In this document: positions 13,185 to 26,359 of the stretch, in pieces
Numbering within the stretch: the stretch's first letter is position 1
Layout of the letters: every line of letters begins with the position of its first letter
Origin: Lingula anatina
Taxonomy: Eukaryota > Animalia > Brachiopoda
Direction of reading: 5' to 3'
DNA: 64,000 nt
Assembly: GCA_051362555.1 (NCBI GenBank)
Contig: CM120645.1
Location: 5,022,001-5,086,000, forward strand
Notes under the pieces: model-generated
The model's input: the letters and a program-made list of their open reading frames with translations, nothing else
What the model was told of the DNA's origin: nothing
Databases searched by the model: none
Position numbers and translations under genes: made by a program

Positions 13185-15093
13185 ACAGCTTTAGTGGGCA
13201 TGACAGACATTTAAGTCGCTTAAACTGAATGCAATTTAGCAAGAATCCCCTCTAAGTTAAATCGATCCTGCTAGTGTGACAGGGTTATGGGAACCCAGTA
13301 TTAGACCCTGGTGCCCTGAAGGGCAGTGACTAAACATACATAGGCTCAGACTGGAAAAAACAGCTTTGTCAGGATTATCACAAATCTTTTAAGTGTTAAG
13401 CCCTCTGAATGTGACCTTGTGCTGCTTTGAGGTTTCATTTGCTAAAAAGGTGCCACTTGCAGAACCAACATTCAAATCCTGATTTTATATTGTACAGCTT
13501 CAGTACTGTACTTTGTATGTTTGAAGTTTATTTTTACCTTTGTATTTCGGTAATTTTTTATCTTTATATATTAATTAATGCCATAAATGTTTCACAGCTA
13601 AGGTTACTCAGACTAGATGAAGGTCATTTGTCATATAGAGAAAAAATCCATTTAAAAACTTGACATTCTTTTAAACAATTATATCTTTTTAATATATTTG
13701 TTAAAGCACCAGATTTACTGCACCCATGTTTTCAGAGCACTGATGGTTTTGAGTGGTGCATTATGGTATAGAGTGAAGTGAGGTGAGGGATTTTTTAATT
13801 GTGTAAGATGCAGAAATACATTACCTGCTACAGAAAAGTGTCAAAAGTGTTTTCTTACATATGTTACATGTGCAAGAGACAGCGATACATGTGCCAGCCA
13901 CAAAAAAAGTCTTTGTTACACATATTACATTTGCCAATTTAGAATAATCTAGAACGGGTTTAAACTAAAATGTTTGGAATGTAAAATGTCATCAAAGGAT
14001 CAAATAGTGCAGCAGTACTTAAATCCCTGGTGAATTAATTTGGTCATTTGGTGAAAAAATAGTTCCAGAGAAAGGTTGTAGTTTTAATATCTGCACCTGA
14101 CTTGGTTGTTGACTCTAACTTTCACATTTCAGGATGTGCATGAAGCGTCCTCTGAAAGTTTTGTAGTCTCTTTATTCTTTATTACACAATAATGTTCATT
14201 AAAAATGAAAATAAAAGTGTCAAAAGTTGCCTTTTTCTTGTCAGTTTGGTTTGTTGTTCTTTAAGTAAGACTTTTATCATTTAGTGTCTTTTTGGAGTCC
14301 ACATTCCCTGTATGAGGAACCAAGTTTTAACACAAATCTGAGATGCATGATTGTGTAGTCTTATGTATGCACCCTAAAAATCAGAGAACACTGGAAACCT
14401 GCCTCTCTACTATCAACGTGTCACGATTTTTTCAGTGCCCTCTGTATCTCAGGGTGCACATGCTGATACCATCAGGTGATCTTAGTGACTGATCAGGGAT
14501 TAAAGTATTCTTGGTGAAGTGACAGGGGTCCTTGCTTGCTTGCGTTCTTGGCCAAATTGGATTCTCTCTTAATCAATAATGTGCATCCCTCAGCTCTCAA
14601 TCTCCTTAAACCTTTTAAATGAGTTGTTATTTGCCAAATTAAAAAATATCTCCTATGGGGTTGCATGTTATTTCTTGTTACCTAGGCCCTCTTTGTTAGT
14701 GTGATGACACCGCGGCAAATTTGACACTGCCTGAAATATGAATTCAACACCTCATGACTGTAATATAGGAGACCACAATAATGGAGGACAAAATCTGAAC
14801 TTTTCATCTCATCTACTTCAGAGGATGACCAATGTGTCATCAGGCTGGGGAGGAATCGATCTAAGCACTGTTTGAAAGTCTTCGTCCATAGATTGTCATT
14901 TACAGAATTATCCACATTGGCAAAGCAATAGTCAGGAGTCAAAAAGTGATTTTTGCTGAGGAGGTTGGGGGAAAGGTTGCTTGGCTACTCCCTTTGCTTA
15001 AGGGTCAACCTTAGCAGTGACATACATCCAGGGAAAATAGAAATCCTGACCATGTTGATGAATAGTAAATTCACTATAACTTTTTGGTTCTTT

Positions 15094-15152
<59 letters not shown>

Positions 15153-18100
15153 TATTTTTTGAACGAGTAATGATAGGCAAAAATTGTATTTTCAGATTCT
15201 GCTGCACTCCCAAAAGATAAGAAAACCCAAAAAAGCAAGTATTTTCAAGCCAAGGGTACACTTCCTGCACCAAAGAGAAAGAAATTTGAAAAGTGGACTC
15301 CCCCAAGATCGCCTTACAATTTAGTTCAGGAGAGCTTGTTTCATGATCCATGGAAACTGTTGGTGGCAACAATATTTCTTAATAAAACAACAGGTGGGAA
15401 AATCCCTTTCCCCAGATACAGAGGTTTAATTTTAGATATGATTTCAGAATATTTTCAATTCTAATTTTTGTGTTATATGGTTGCCAACACCACACACCTA
15501 CACTAACTCCCGGATACCAGTTGTGAAGAAATGAAGACTAAATATTGGTAAGGACTTACAGACCAGACATTCTGTGTTGTTTTGACCCAAAATTTTTCAG
15601 GGGTGTCTTGTTACTCCTAATAAAGAAAGAAATGGCAAATGTTTTACACCAAGCCAATAAAGATAGTACATAAACTGGTTTAACAGAAAACCACAGATAT
15701 AGCTTAAATTGATCCAGAAGTCTTAAAGTTAAGACCAACTTTCAGCCTCATGTTTGTTTATCCAAATTCCAATAAAAAATGATAGTAATGGGGAAAACAA
15801 GACCTTGGCAGGGGGTTCTCAACCTCACTGCACGGGGTCCATGTTATTAGTATAATAAAATGAAAAACTCCAGAGGAGAAAAGTACGGTAATACTCGATT
15901 TTTTTTCAATGGGGGAAAATTCTGAAATTTACAGATACTTTATTTTTGAAGTCATAAATTCTTGAGTGGTCACAACAAAACTGCAAATTAAGCCACCTTG
16001 TATTTTTATGCTATAAAAGTGCTACACAAAAAAAATATTTTTCATGGTTCCAAAATTATGATTGTTAATTTTTCCCCATTGAAAAGATCCAGTCATAACC
16101 GTATCTCATATTCTTATGTGATTCTTCATATTAACACATTCTACTTTCTCTTGACTACCAACTGTTAATTGCTTCGTGGGTTTCGTAGTATTGCGAGTAA
16201 CAAACAAGCTTAAGGGGGTTCAATACTTCGTAAAGTTAAGGTTAACATTTGGCACATAAAGTTAAGTCTGGCAAAATAGCTTTTTTTCTTTTTTAGTGTG
16301 AAATATTTATGTTAATATGCAATGAAAATAAACACTTTTAGAGCACAAACTCCTTTTTTATGTACAGTTCACCACCTTCTACATATACGTTTCTATGCAT
16401 ATTGAATTCATTTCTATCAAACAAGGCAGAAATATATATAGCTGTAACTGTCATTTAAAACAATGAACATTTACTGGAGTCTGTTTCTTTTCTTGTCTTT
16501 TCTTGTTATTGACAGGCAAAGCTGCAATTCCAGTCCTATGGGAGTTTTTAGACAAATGGCCATCAGCAGAGGCAGCACAACATGCTGACTGGGAACCAAT
16601 CGCACAACTGCTGCAACCTCTAGGGCTGCACGAAAAGCGAGCCAAAACAATTGTCAAGTTTTCGGGTAAGAGTCCGATGTCAAATGTCCCGTGAAAGTAA
16701 ACAAGCGTTTGAGAAAGACTCAGTTACAAATTTTATAAATATGTGATAAAGTGGTGCCATAAAATCTTTCAAGAGCTTAAAATTGCTTTCATTTACTCCA
16801 TTTCTTAATCGTCTGATAAATTCACAACATATATGTGCCTCTGAATTTTTTAGAATTATTTCTTGCAGTTTGGTACCCTTAAACTTGTGATGGACTTAAT
16901 AAATAACTGTATTCCCAAACCCTCTGATCAATCTTTACAGCGGGAAGTCTTACAGGTGTCCTGATAAGTACCCTAAGTTGTCAACCATGACAAATACAAA
17001 ACATTTCTTTAGAGTTCTTAGATAAAAAATACCAAATTTTATCATTTAGGTCTTAATCCCAGGCAAAATATTATGTACAATGTAATATGTAATTATAATG
17101 TCTTCATTAAAAAAAAATTAGCATATTGGTGCATAGCAGGGGCGGATTCAGAGATATTTTCTGACAGTCTTCCAAATTATCTTTGTTGATCCATTGTTCA
17201 TTTTTGACCGTCTTCCGACAGAAAAAATTAGATACCCGTCAATGTAAACTTGAAAATCTGACCGTCTTCCGGAAGACCCAGAAAACGACCTAAATCGGCC
17301 CCTGCATAGGTCCTGTTGGAATAAATTCAAAGTGACAAGAAGAGTGCAAAATTACTCGATGCTGAATCAGATATGATTTTATAATATTATTGAAAAACAT
17401 GTTTTTTTAATGAAAATGAATTAGCACTTGATTGAACAAACATTGCTGCAGCTGTTTCCCTAAGTGATTAGCACCTGAACACATATAATTTGTAGAATTA
17501 GTAGTAATTATTAGAAATTAGTTTTCCACTGAAATTTAACAGTGTAAAAAAGTCACAATAGCTTTGTCCAGACATTGAACAAATACTGTGAGCCAAGATG
17601 CATTCCAACAAATAAGTTCCCATTTGCAAGTAAGGTAATTAGTTGATCTTTTCGACGGGCAAAAATTATCAAACTTTCAGATGCATAATTTTATAATCAC
17701 AAAAATAACATTTCTGTATGGCATTTTTTGTGCTTTTAATGCACAGAATAAAATTATAGAGTGGCCTGCTTTTTAATTTTGTTGCTACCACTCAACAGGA
17801 ATCTCCCTGGAAATTATGATAAAATATACAATATCTGTATAATTCACAATTTTGCCCCGTTGAAAAGATCGAGTAATTACCGTACTTATTGACCGACTGG
17901 ACGGCCTTGTGGTTAGAGTGTCCACCTGGGGAGTGGGAGAACGTGGGTTTGACCTCATCCGGGGACATACTGGTCCTTCATAAACGGTACCTGCTATCTC
18001 CCCGCTTGGCACTCAGCACTAAAGGGTTGAAGCAGGAGTCTGGTCTGGCAGTGGAGAATGGTACACTTGCTAGCTTTGAGCACCTCATACAGCAGACGGG

Positions 18101-19047
18101 CTGTATCCCCCCCAGGGAAGTGAGAGCGACAACTTGAAGTATGAAACAGGGCCAAAATCACCAGGCTTCCTTTGAATTGTGAATTAAATATAAAAAAAAC
18201 TCAGGATTGCCAAATCTCAATAAAGATTATTATTATTATTTTATGCATCACCCCCCTGTAATGATTGCTGTACTTATTTTCAGAGGAATATTTGTCCAAG
18301 GACTGGAAGTACCCTATTGAATTATATGGCATTGGAAAATATGGCAATGACTCCTATAGGATATTCTGTGTCAAAGAGTGGAAACAGGTAAAGGAAATAA
18401 TAATAGGGGGTGGGGTGGACTTCTACACTTTTGGACTTATTTTTTGATGTTGAATTTTGTCTAGAAAGTTAACATATTAATATATGGTTATTTGACTAGG
18501 AAAATTATGAAATATGTGAGTTTGTTTTCACAAATTATCCATTATGTGGTCAAGTGTTTTGAATTTTGTAAAACAATCCAACTGCTTGGCCAAAAGCAAC
18601 ATCCTGGTGTTGGTTATGCATACAATATTAAGAGAATTGAGCAACAAACAATTTTGTCTGGTCATTTATCGGTCAATTAATATATAGTTATCCATGAAGA
18701 GTTCTTAATATATTAAATATGCAGTCTCCTTCATTTTTAATCATGGCATTTCTTCAAAACTACTGCTTAGAGCAAAGTATTTTGTCAAAACAAACAAACA
18801 AAACAAAACAATACTTCAATGTCTATCAAGCTGCCATTTTCAGGGAATGAGGTTTAAAACGTCAGTGACTGTTTTGAAAAAAAAACTAACAAATAATTGA
18901 GTGAAAACAGGAAATTATTAACTCGCAGCTCAGGAAACACAATTTAATGATAATTATCATTTGTTATAGGTTCACCCTGAAGATCACAAGTTGAACGACT
19001 ACCACAAGTGGCTTTGGGATAACCACATTGAATTGGGCATAGATTGA
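9218..19047 (+). CDS. MBD4: MBD4/MeCP2: methyl-CpG-binding domain plus HhH G:T/U mismatch DNA glycosylase, ~769 aa
   Basis: Exons 9218-9312, 9695-9820, 10091-11649, 15196-15393, 16516-16665, 18284-18387 and 18970-19047 join in frame. The MBD reads [39 protein letters not shown]...FDFTVRG. The glycosylase reads [32 protein letters not shown]...[15 protein letters not shown]...VHPEDHKL, with the catalytic Asp retained. Confidence 0.95.
12914..13315. mobile_element. Palindromic MITE-like element (family A) with an internal duplication
   Basis: The left arm CAGGATCGATCTATCTCC..GGGTTTCTCGCTAAATTG is mirrored by GCAATTTAGCAAGAATCCC...ATCGATCCTG. The right half occurs twice (13030-13150 and 13193-13315). 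Related copies lie at 31561, 33032, 34337 and 34800. Confidence 0.6.
15884..16103. mobile_element. TA-bounded MITE (family B), copy 1
   Basis: Imperfect ~37-bp terminal inverted repeats (TIRs): TACGGTAATACTCGATTTTTTTTCAATGGGGGAAAATT / AATTTTTCCCCATTGAAAAGATCCAGTCATAACCGTA. Confidence 0.65.
17137..17304. mobile_element. MITE (family C, CAGGGGCGGAT termini), copy 1
   Basis: TIRs are CAGGGGCGGATT / AATCGGCCCCTG, flanked by the direct repeat CATAG. A closely similar copy lies at 32440-32606. Confidence 0.8.
17631..17884. mobile_element. TA-bounded MITE (family B), copy 2
   Basis: TIRs are TAAGGTAATTAGTTGATCTTTTCGACGGGCAAAAATT / AATTTTGCCCCGTTGAAAAGATCGAGTAATTACCGTA, the same family as 15884-16103. 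Confidence 0.7.
17892..18240 (+). mobile_element. tRNA-derived SINE (core resembles the Meta domain)
   Basis: It has an A-box-like GGCCTTGTGGTTAGAG and a B-box-like GGGTTTGACC. The central AAACGGTACCTGCTATCTCCCCGCTTGGCACTCAGCACTAAAGGG resembles the MetaSINE core as recalled. It ends in AATAAA plus an (ATT)n tail. Confidence 0.7.
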
Positions 19048-19303
19048 CTGTCCTGCACCTGAAATTTTTGGGATCAAAACAGTTCAAAATGATGAGCAAA
19101 TTACCACACAAGGAATCATGCGCAACATTTTGTTTAATGGCCAATAAAAATATCATGCAGTTGATGTTCATTGTTCAATGTATATTTGATCATTTTTTAA
19201 GAAATTTTTGAACAGGATATGTCCAACTTTTTAATTATTGGGCAGTGAAATCATTGTGAAAAACTTATAAATATTTGGTCATTATTTTGGAATGCTTTGT
19301 TCA

Positions 19304-19305
<2 letters not shown>

Positions 19306-19367
<62 letters not shown>
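19306..19367. repeat. (AT)n microsatellite; others at ~43641-43691 and ~46971-47027
   Basis: Perfect AT dinucleotide runs. Confidence 0.95.
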
Positions 19368-19369
<2 letters not shown>

Positions 19370-20054
19370 TCTTTGGTTTGGCCTCAAAAGAAGTTGATGC
19401 AAGGGATGTGAAAGCCATTCTGGATTGAACTGCATTGATATTTGATTAGAAAGTGATTAGAATTATCAAAACCCCTTTGAAATGGTTTGGGGCCACATAT
19501 AATTGGGGATTGCTGGGGGGGGGGGTGAACAACTTGATGGCTTGTGCAGATCATGTTTCATCATTTTGATGTATTTAATACATATTTTTTATTGCAGTAG
19601 AGTTAGGCTTTATTTCGAATGAATTGTAAAAGAAGGCACATAAATAAGGAAGACAGGTGATTTTTAAATAATATTTATTAATATAATAATCACAAATATC
19701 GTTTTGGTACTTACAACACATTTTATTTATACATATTATTCAAAGTAGTTGATTTTCTTCAGTTCGTATTTATGATAAATATTTTACAGTCACAATACTG
19801 TTATATTTCAGACATAATTACGTTTTACTAAGAGAGTACATATGATGTTCTGTACTTCCTTATTTTTGCTGAAATCGTTAAATAAACAGGAGTGAATCAC
19901 ATAATGAAATAATTTAAACTTCAATTATCATTGATTTTTCGACTTTTTAAGGGAAAAAAATTATACCTGCCTACGTAAAAACCCGGGCAGTACGCATAAT
20001 CTTTTTTCTTCAACGACCTCCCCCCTTTTTTAAATCAAAATAGGGCCTACACCT

Positions 20055-23000
20055 TTACTCCATGGAATTTTTTCGGCTAGGGGGCAAGGGTGTCGCAGAT
20101 GTCAATCGAATGTCAGGAATATCTTTTTGATCACTTTCAAATTTCTTACCATCTTTAACTAGAGTCAAAATTCCCGTAGAAGACGCATACTGTTGTGGAA
20201 CCGCCAAAAACGTTCCAGATTGTTTTGGTCTTGGGATGTCTTCTTCACTAACACAATCGACCGCTGTGGTGTCGGCATCGTCGGATTGTCTCTCCTTTGC
20301 ACTTGTATCATTTGTCTTTTTTTCTCCAATGTCAGTTATGGCGACATTGTTGTTGCCATCTTCCTGACTCTTAGTACCAGCGTCTTTGTTCTGAATTCCA
20401 TTGTCTAAATTAAGTTTTGCGCTTGGATCACCGCCGACTGAACTGACGCTTGTTTCTTCGCGTATAGAAGGTAACACAGCATGCGGTTGAATGATTTTAC
20501 GCGGGGATGGCTTCTCTTCTTTATTTTTCTTTAGATTGTCTGTCTGTTCTTTGGGCATGTCTTTAAGTCGACTTTCTTTGTCTTGCTCTTCGTCTACACG
20601 TAAATCGCCTGATCGTGTTTGATTGCCATTTTGAATTGCACTTTCATTGCCAGAAACAGCAGAACCCGTTGTCGGATCGTGAGATGTCGACACTACTTCG
20701 GCTTTCCCCGCAACTTGTTCTCCGGGAGAAGCGAGTTTGGTTCCGCGAAGGCAGCTTATTTCTTTTTTCTTGGATGACACGGACTCTTGGGAGCCATCGG
20801 AGACTGACAGAAGCGTGATGCCATGAAGTCGACGCGGGACCCGAGATTTTGGGATAATAACCGTGCTTAAGACCTCATCCTCTACTGACCGATATTGACG
20901 GGTTTTCAGCGCGTTTTCCTTACCCCGCCATCCATCTCTCTGAAGAAGGGTGATGCTGTCTCTTCGCTTCGCGTTCTGATCCCTCGTGTCCACGATAGCG
21001 TCCAGCGCTCTGTCCACACTCACTTTTCTCATTTTTGAGTGCACGGGGAAACGCTTCATCGGTTTTTTACCCAAACTTCGTTTAAAACTAGAATCTACGA
21101 ACTGGTTGTATCCGGTTCGTGTTAGTTTACCCAGAGTTTCCTCGCTCTGTACCTGCCGGCCTTTGGGATGTTTGTCTACGAACGAAACGGTATGGAATCC
21201 ATGATTTTTCAATAGCGGGATGGACCGCCCGTAGTCACTTTCGATTCCGCTATCCACGGATGATGCGCAGTCTATATCCTTTTGCTCTCGTTGTTCGTAT
21301 GGAGAAGGTCCCCGTCTTTTATGTAGCAAAGGATGCGACTTATTCTGTATGGGTGGCAGTAAAACTGTAACATCAACGCGGTCGGAGTATTGCGGAGCCC
21401 CTTTATCAATTTTTGGCAAATTGTAATGCTTTTCTGACACCCCTTCTTTACGTTGACTGCTAGAAGCTCGCATGTTCTCTTTTACTTCATTTTTTCTGTT
21501 CCTTTCGGGTCGATCGTTGATTGGTGGCAACATCTTCCCAATTCTGTTCTTATGCGTTAATCTGAAATTAAGTCAAAAGCTGTCAAATTATCTAGAAAAG
21601 CACAACCGCAGTTCAAATGAATTTCCATATCGAAAGTTTGAGGCATCCTTGGGCACCTTATTTGCCAAATCAGAAGTAAAAACGAAAAAAATGTTGCTCG
21701 TAATCTGTAGATTTACATCACAGTAATCAGATTATTTTTACATGATTCTGTATTTCTATTTAGTAGAAAACACCTTCCTTTACAAGAACAACTTTTTTTA
21801 TCTGAGCAAATTATCAATTTGTGTTCACATATGGAATCACCAGCTCATTCAAAATTGGTAGGTTTTGCCGGTCAAATATCAGTTTCGCAAAAATAAAAAT
21901 ATTCAAAGGTGTTATATCTTCAAAGATATTCCATCAGTAAAAAAATCCACCTTATAACATATTTTAGTTGCCCCAAGTTTTAGAGCTGAACAGAGGCCCC
22001 CGTATCTGTATGGAAACAGCAACCTCGGAAACGACGGGTGTCTCACACAAGCAATTAAAGGACCTCCCCAATTTCTCCGAATCACGTGTGGTGACTTCTT
22101 TTAATAAGTCATGTATGGTTAGGCCCTACCATCAAACTATGTTAGTTTGGATTAATTGGAATTCGCAATGAGCTCTTTTCACTCGTCTGCGATAATAACT
22201 GAAAATGCCTATCCCCAAAACTAGTTCATTTGGCCTTTTCTTTCCCAAATAATGCGTGCGAGGTTGTATTGGCTTCGTAAGCGCGCGGATGTGGTAATTT
22301 TAGAATAATTCCATAGAGTGAAAGGATGTAACGAGGCCGTTATTTTCGATAATGAATAAAAATACCTCCATTAAATACATGTGTCGTCGTATTGAGTGAT
22401 GCCCTAATCGTCTTGCCATTTTGCCTGTAAGTTAATGAAACCCGAAGCCTGCAGTTATGGAGGGAATCATAAAGAGCACAGAGACGAAATATCTCAGACA
22501 TAAAATACTTGGACCACGTGAGGAACGAAGGACAACTTAGAAGAGGAACTGGGCCCGTTTAAGACCTTAAATAATAATAATAATAATAGTAATGGTGATT
22601 ATGTTAATGGGTTCTTGAAAACAGTGTTCAACGTTTGTCTCGATGCCATGTACAATTCAAAGATTTAAGATGAAAACTCTGAATTCTGAAGCCTACAATT
22701 AAGAATAACACATTTCTGGAAACGATGGCTACCTTTGATACTAAATGATGATAAGTGACACTGCAGTCTGTGAGTAGAAATCACCCATATTATCGTTCAC
22801 TAGCAAGTTAATATTGTCATTCTTCGTTGAAAAGTGACAATTTAATAAAGCCATTGTGCAGTTAGCACGGCGCTTGTGGTAAAAGTGAAATGCATTAAAC
22901 GTGTGAATATATCGAGACTCATCTAGCGAACATATAATTTTTAATACACAGGAGCTGGAGCTGTTTTTTAGGGAAAAAGTTGATTTTTAGCATTACGTCA

Positions 23001-23659
23001 CCGATATGCACCGATACGATTGCTAAATTAAATTATTCTAAACTCTTTTTCAGGAGACAGTTCACAATAGGTTGTAATTAAGGCGTAGAATTTCCGTTAA
23101 ACCAACAGAAATAACTGATTTTCATGTTAACATTTTTTCTTTAATTACCAAGGCATTTCCCAATGTAAACTAAGAAAACGTGATGCTGATTTTATATTAT
23201 CTATAGACACAGAAATCTGAAACCGATTTTTTATATATCACTTTTTTATATATCGCTTTGTCCACGGTTTTGGATATGGTGCGCTTTGCTTGAAGTGTTA
23301 TCAGGAATATAAAAACCTAACGCGTATTGCGCGTTTAAAAAAGGTGACATCTTTCTTTACCACTGGTGTGTTTAAACTACAAAGGCCTTTGAAGAAATTT
23401 CATTATTCATCATTGTACAACAGAAGCTTAGTTCGACGCCGCACTTAACGCGTTGCATACCTTAAATGACAATTTTTCTCACCTACCTTTTTTCCAAACT
23501 CTTCCTGCGTGTGTTTTCCGTCCGATGTGGTTCGGAAGCTGGCTGCCCAATGGACCTGAAACGATATTCCAAACTATCTGTGATTTCCATATTACATAAG
23601 TTAATCAAACTTGTCACAAATATCGTCACTAAATCTATGATCTAAAGACTTACCCCCCA

Positions 23660-23690
<31 letters not shown>

Positions 23691-24570
23691 GCGTGAGCGC
23701 ATGCAACATTGTTTTGTCCGAGAGCGAAACGGAGCGTTACCTGAAACCGATCCACCTTGTATCCGCCTTTTTGTTTAACGTATAGAGCTTCACCGTACCG
23801 AGTTGACTCAAAGCAGTGATCTGATCACTCAGCTGCTTAACGAGAACGCACAGCGGCTGCGATTCCTGTCACCTGTGATATGGTTTATATATATATACGC
23901 TTCCTATCCAGGTAATAATTCGACGACTTATTGTTTGACGTATTCGCTCTGGTTAATTAACTGTATTGTCGCAGGTGAGATTGTTTTTCTTGCATTGACA
24001 GAAAGAAAAACGTATTTTGAGGTGAGACTGTTTTCAGTTGACGAAGTGAAAAACATGCTATTTGTTCAAATCACATTTTTTCATACCTGGAAAGTTTAGA
24101 TAAGAAGTACTTTGCATGGGTTCTTTTTACGTCATAGGTTACAGAGGGCTACTTGTTTGGGGGGGGGGGGGTATTTCAGTTTTTAAAAAGTCACGGTCTA
24201 ATCCCCTTCCTGAAGTTATTTGATGGGACATCCTGAAGTTATTTGATGGGACAAAGTAAGCGTTTTTTTTTTTTTTTTTTTTTTTAATTTTTACCTCCTC
24301 CAATTCCCCTGTACATAACCCCTGAAGTTAACGATATTCTCAGATTTAGCAGTTTTGGACGCGACTTCCGCGTTTTGGTGGAGTATTGTGAGTAATTAAC
24401 ATGTTCCAAGAGGATAACATACAATTTTTGCTGTATGAGGAAGCTGTCATCCTGTCGACGTCATTGTGCAGCGCAAGACAAAAGCCAACTTCAAAACTAG
24501 CGGCGACACTTACTGAAAATTGTATTACACCATTCAAACACAATAGGCCCAATCTACCTTATTTTTATGC

Positions 24571-24617
<47 letters not shown>

Positions 24618-24867
24618 AAACTGAAACCACTCATTCCGTTAAATTCTCTTACCTCACAATAATGGGAAAGTCTTGTCCACCTCCAGGTCCATTTTGGTCC
24701 AGATTTTGGCTTCTCTTTCGCTCGTTATCCAACTTTCGGAGATAATTTTCCGTGGCATCTTTTCGCGCTAAGATGGCCGCCAATAGATCGGGACGAAAGG
24801 CGGGGACGGTGACAGAGGGGATGGACGCCGCCGGGGCCGGCAGGTACCCACGAGCCGTCTTGTTCAT
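20055..24867 (-). CDS. Uncharacterised, probably intrinsically disordered protein, ~596 aa (3 coding exons)
   Basis: Exons 24867-24653, 23555-23487 and 21561-20055 have GT-AG ends and matching phase-2 junctions (...FPIIVR-SIGQPASEPHRTENTRRKSLEKR-LTHKNRIGKMLPPIND...). The terminal open frame is 1.5 kb. No globular domain was recognised. An acceptor just 5' of the ATG implies a further upstream exon. Confidence 0.72.
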
Positions 24868-25037
24868 GTTTTCTTTGCTGAAACAACGATGAAGATAGTA
24901 TTAATTTCTTTTCATCACAAAAGCAAACCATAATAGAAAAAGGAGCAAAGCTGTGGGCATGAAACAATTCTGCATGTGAAGTCACAGTCGCTTATTTATA
25001 TTTTTTTTTTGGGGGGGGGAGGGTGCATCTTGTGCGC

Positions 25038-25074
<37 letters not shown>

Positions 25075-26359
25075 GTTGCTTACCGTACATTTGCATTTGG
25101 TTTTTAATAACCAATAAACTAATATCTCTCTCTCTCTCTCTCTCTCTGCGTGAATCAGGCTAATAATCGATCGCCATGCTTGAATTCAGATTCATTCCAT
25201 TAATGTGCTGCTTGAGGCACTCCATTCATCTGAAACAGCATCTGATTTCTCTTGACGCGGTCAATTGTCACAAACTTGAAAACCACCTGCCTAAAATAAC
25301 AAGACCACTGGTTAAGTAATGCTACCCTTTAGGCCTACGTGCCGAACTGCATAGCTCTGCGTTCTGGTAAAGAAAAAAAAATTAGCCGACCCGTTCCACG
25401 TGTTAGTTCTGTCATGTATATTTTGAAGCAATTTACTTTATATTAGGCCGTAAAGTCGCTGTAAGTTTTCTGACAGATTTTTAATTTAAAATGGCAGTTT
25501 TAGATGCTTATTTATTTTTCCCACATGATGGACAAACCGTGCTCGTGCGTGATATTTTACTTTACGTTCATTGTATAAAGCACCGAATCTTATAGCCGAT
25601 ATCAGACCCCGAGATCAGAGGTAGAGCATATTGTTGAATTAAGTCATTTCCAAAATGTAAACTTGGATTTATGATCCAATGGCTCCATAAAAATTACCTC
25701 TGTTATCAGAACTGCCTTTATCTCATGTTTGAGCACCAAACTTAATATTATTACATTTATGTGGACTTTTTTGAGGTCTATTTGCCAATCAGCCTTTTTT
25801 TCTCAAAAAAGCAAACATCCCCAACAAATGAATTTCTATACTGACCTTATCAGCACTGTTTGTTGTATCCATATTTTATATTTGGGCATCAGTGCTTATA
25901 TCTGGCCATGACAACAAGTTATCAGATTGACTTATGTATGCAGCCGGGTTAGAGATGTAAACTAATAATAGGCGTAACCCGAAACTTTACGGTGAGGTTA
26001 TGTCTAATAACTGAGGCAGCCTTTTTTAGCTTTCAAACCGCTAGACAAAATCGTTCGTGATTAAATCTTTAGGAAGTAACTGCTTGATTGCAATCCCCTA
26101 GTGCGTGGTGTCCGTGTAATCCCGACCACCGCTGGCCGCATGAGTCGGGAATTATTACAGAGGGTTTCAGAGGGGAGAAAACTAGCTAGTGGAAGCGAAA
26201 ACTAAATCATCTACGTCGTTATGTTCTTTAAAAAACACTTTTAAAAGGGAACTTATTCATACGGAGGAATCATTATAGTGCAATGTTATTTGATGTAAGT
26301 TTGGGGTCAGATGTGTGAGTTGAAGGGCATGTTTTTATACGTTTAGGGGAGGGGAAAGG

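Noticed and set aside
14682-14942. 86-aa antisense ORF in the MBD4 long intron (nested gene?)
   Set aside because: No recognisable homology, no ATG start and no convincing splice partners.
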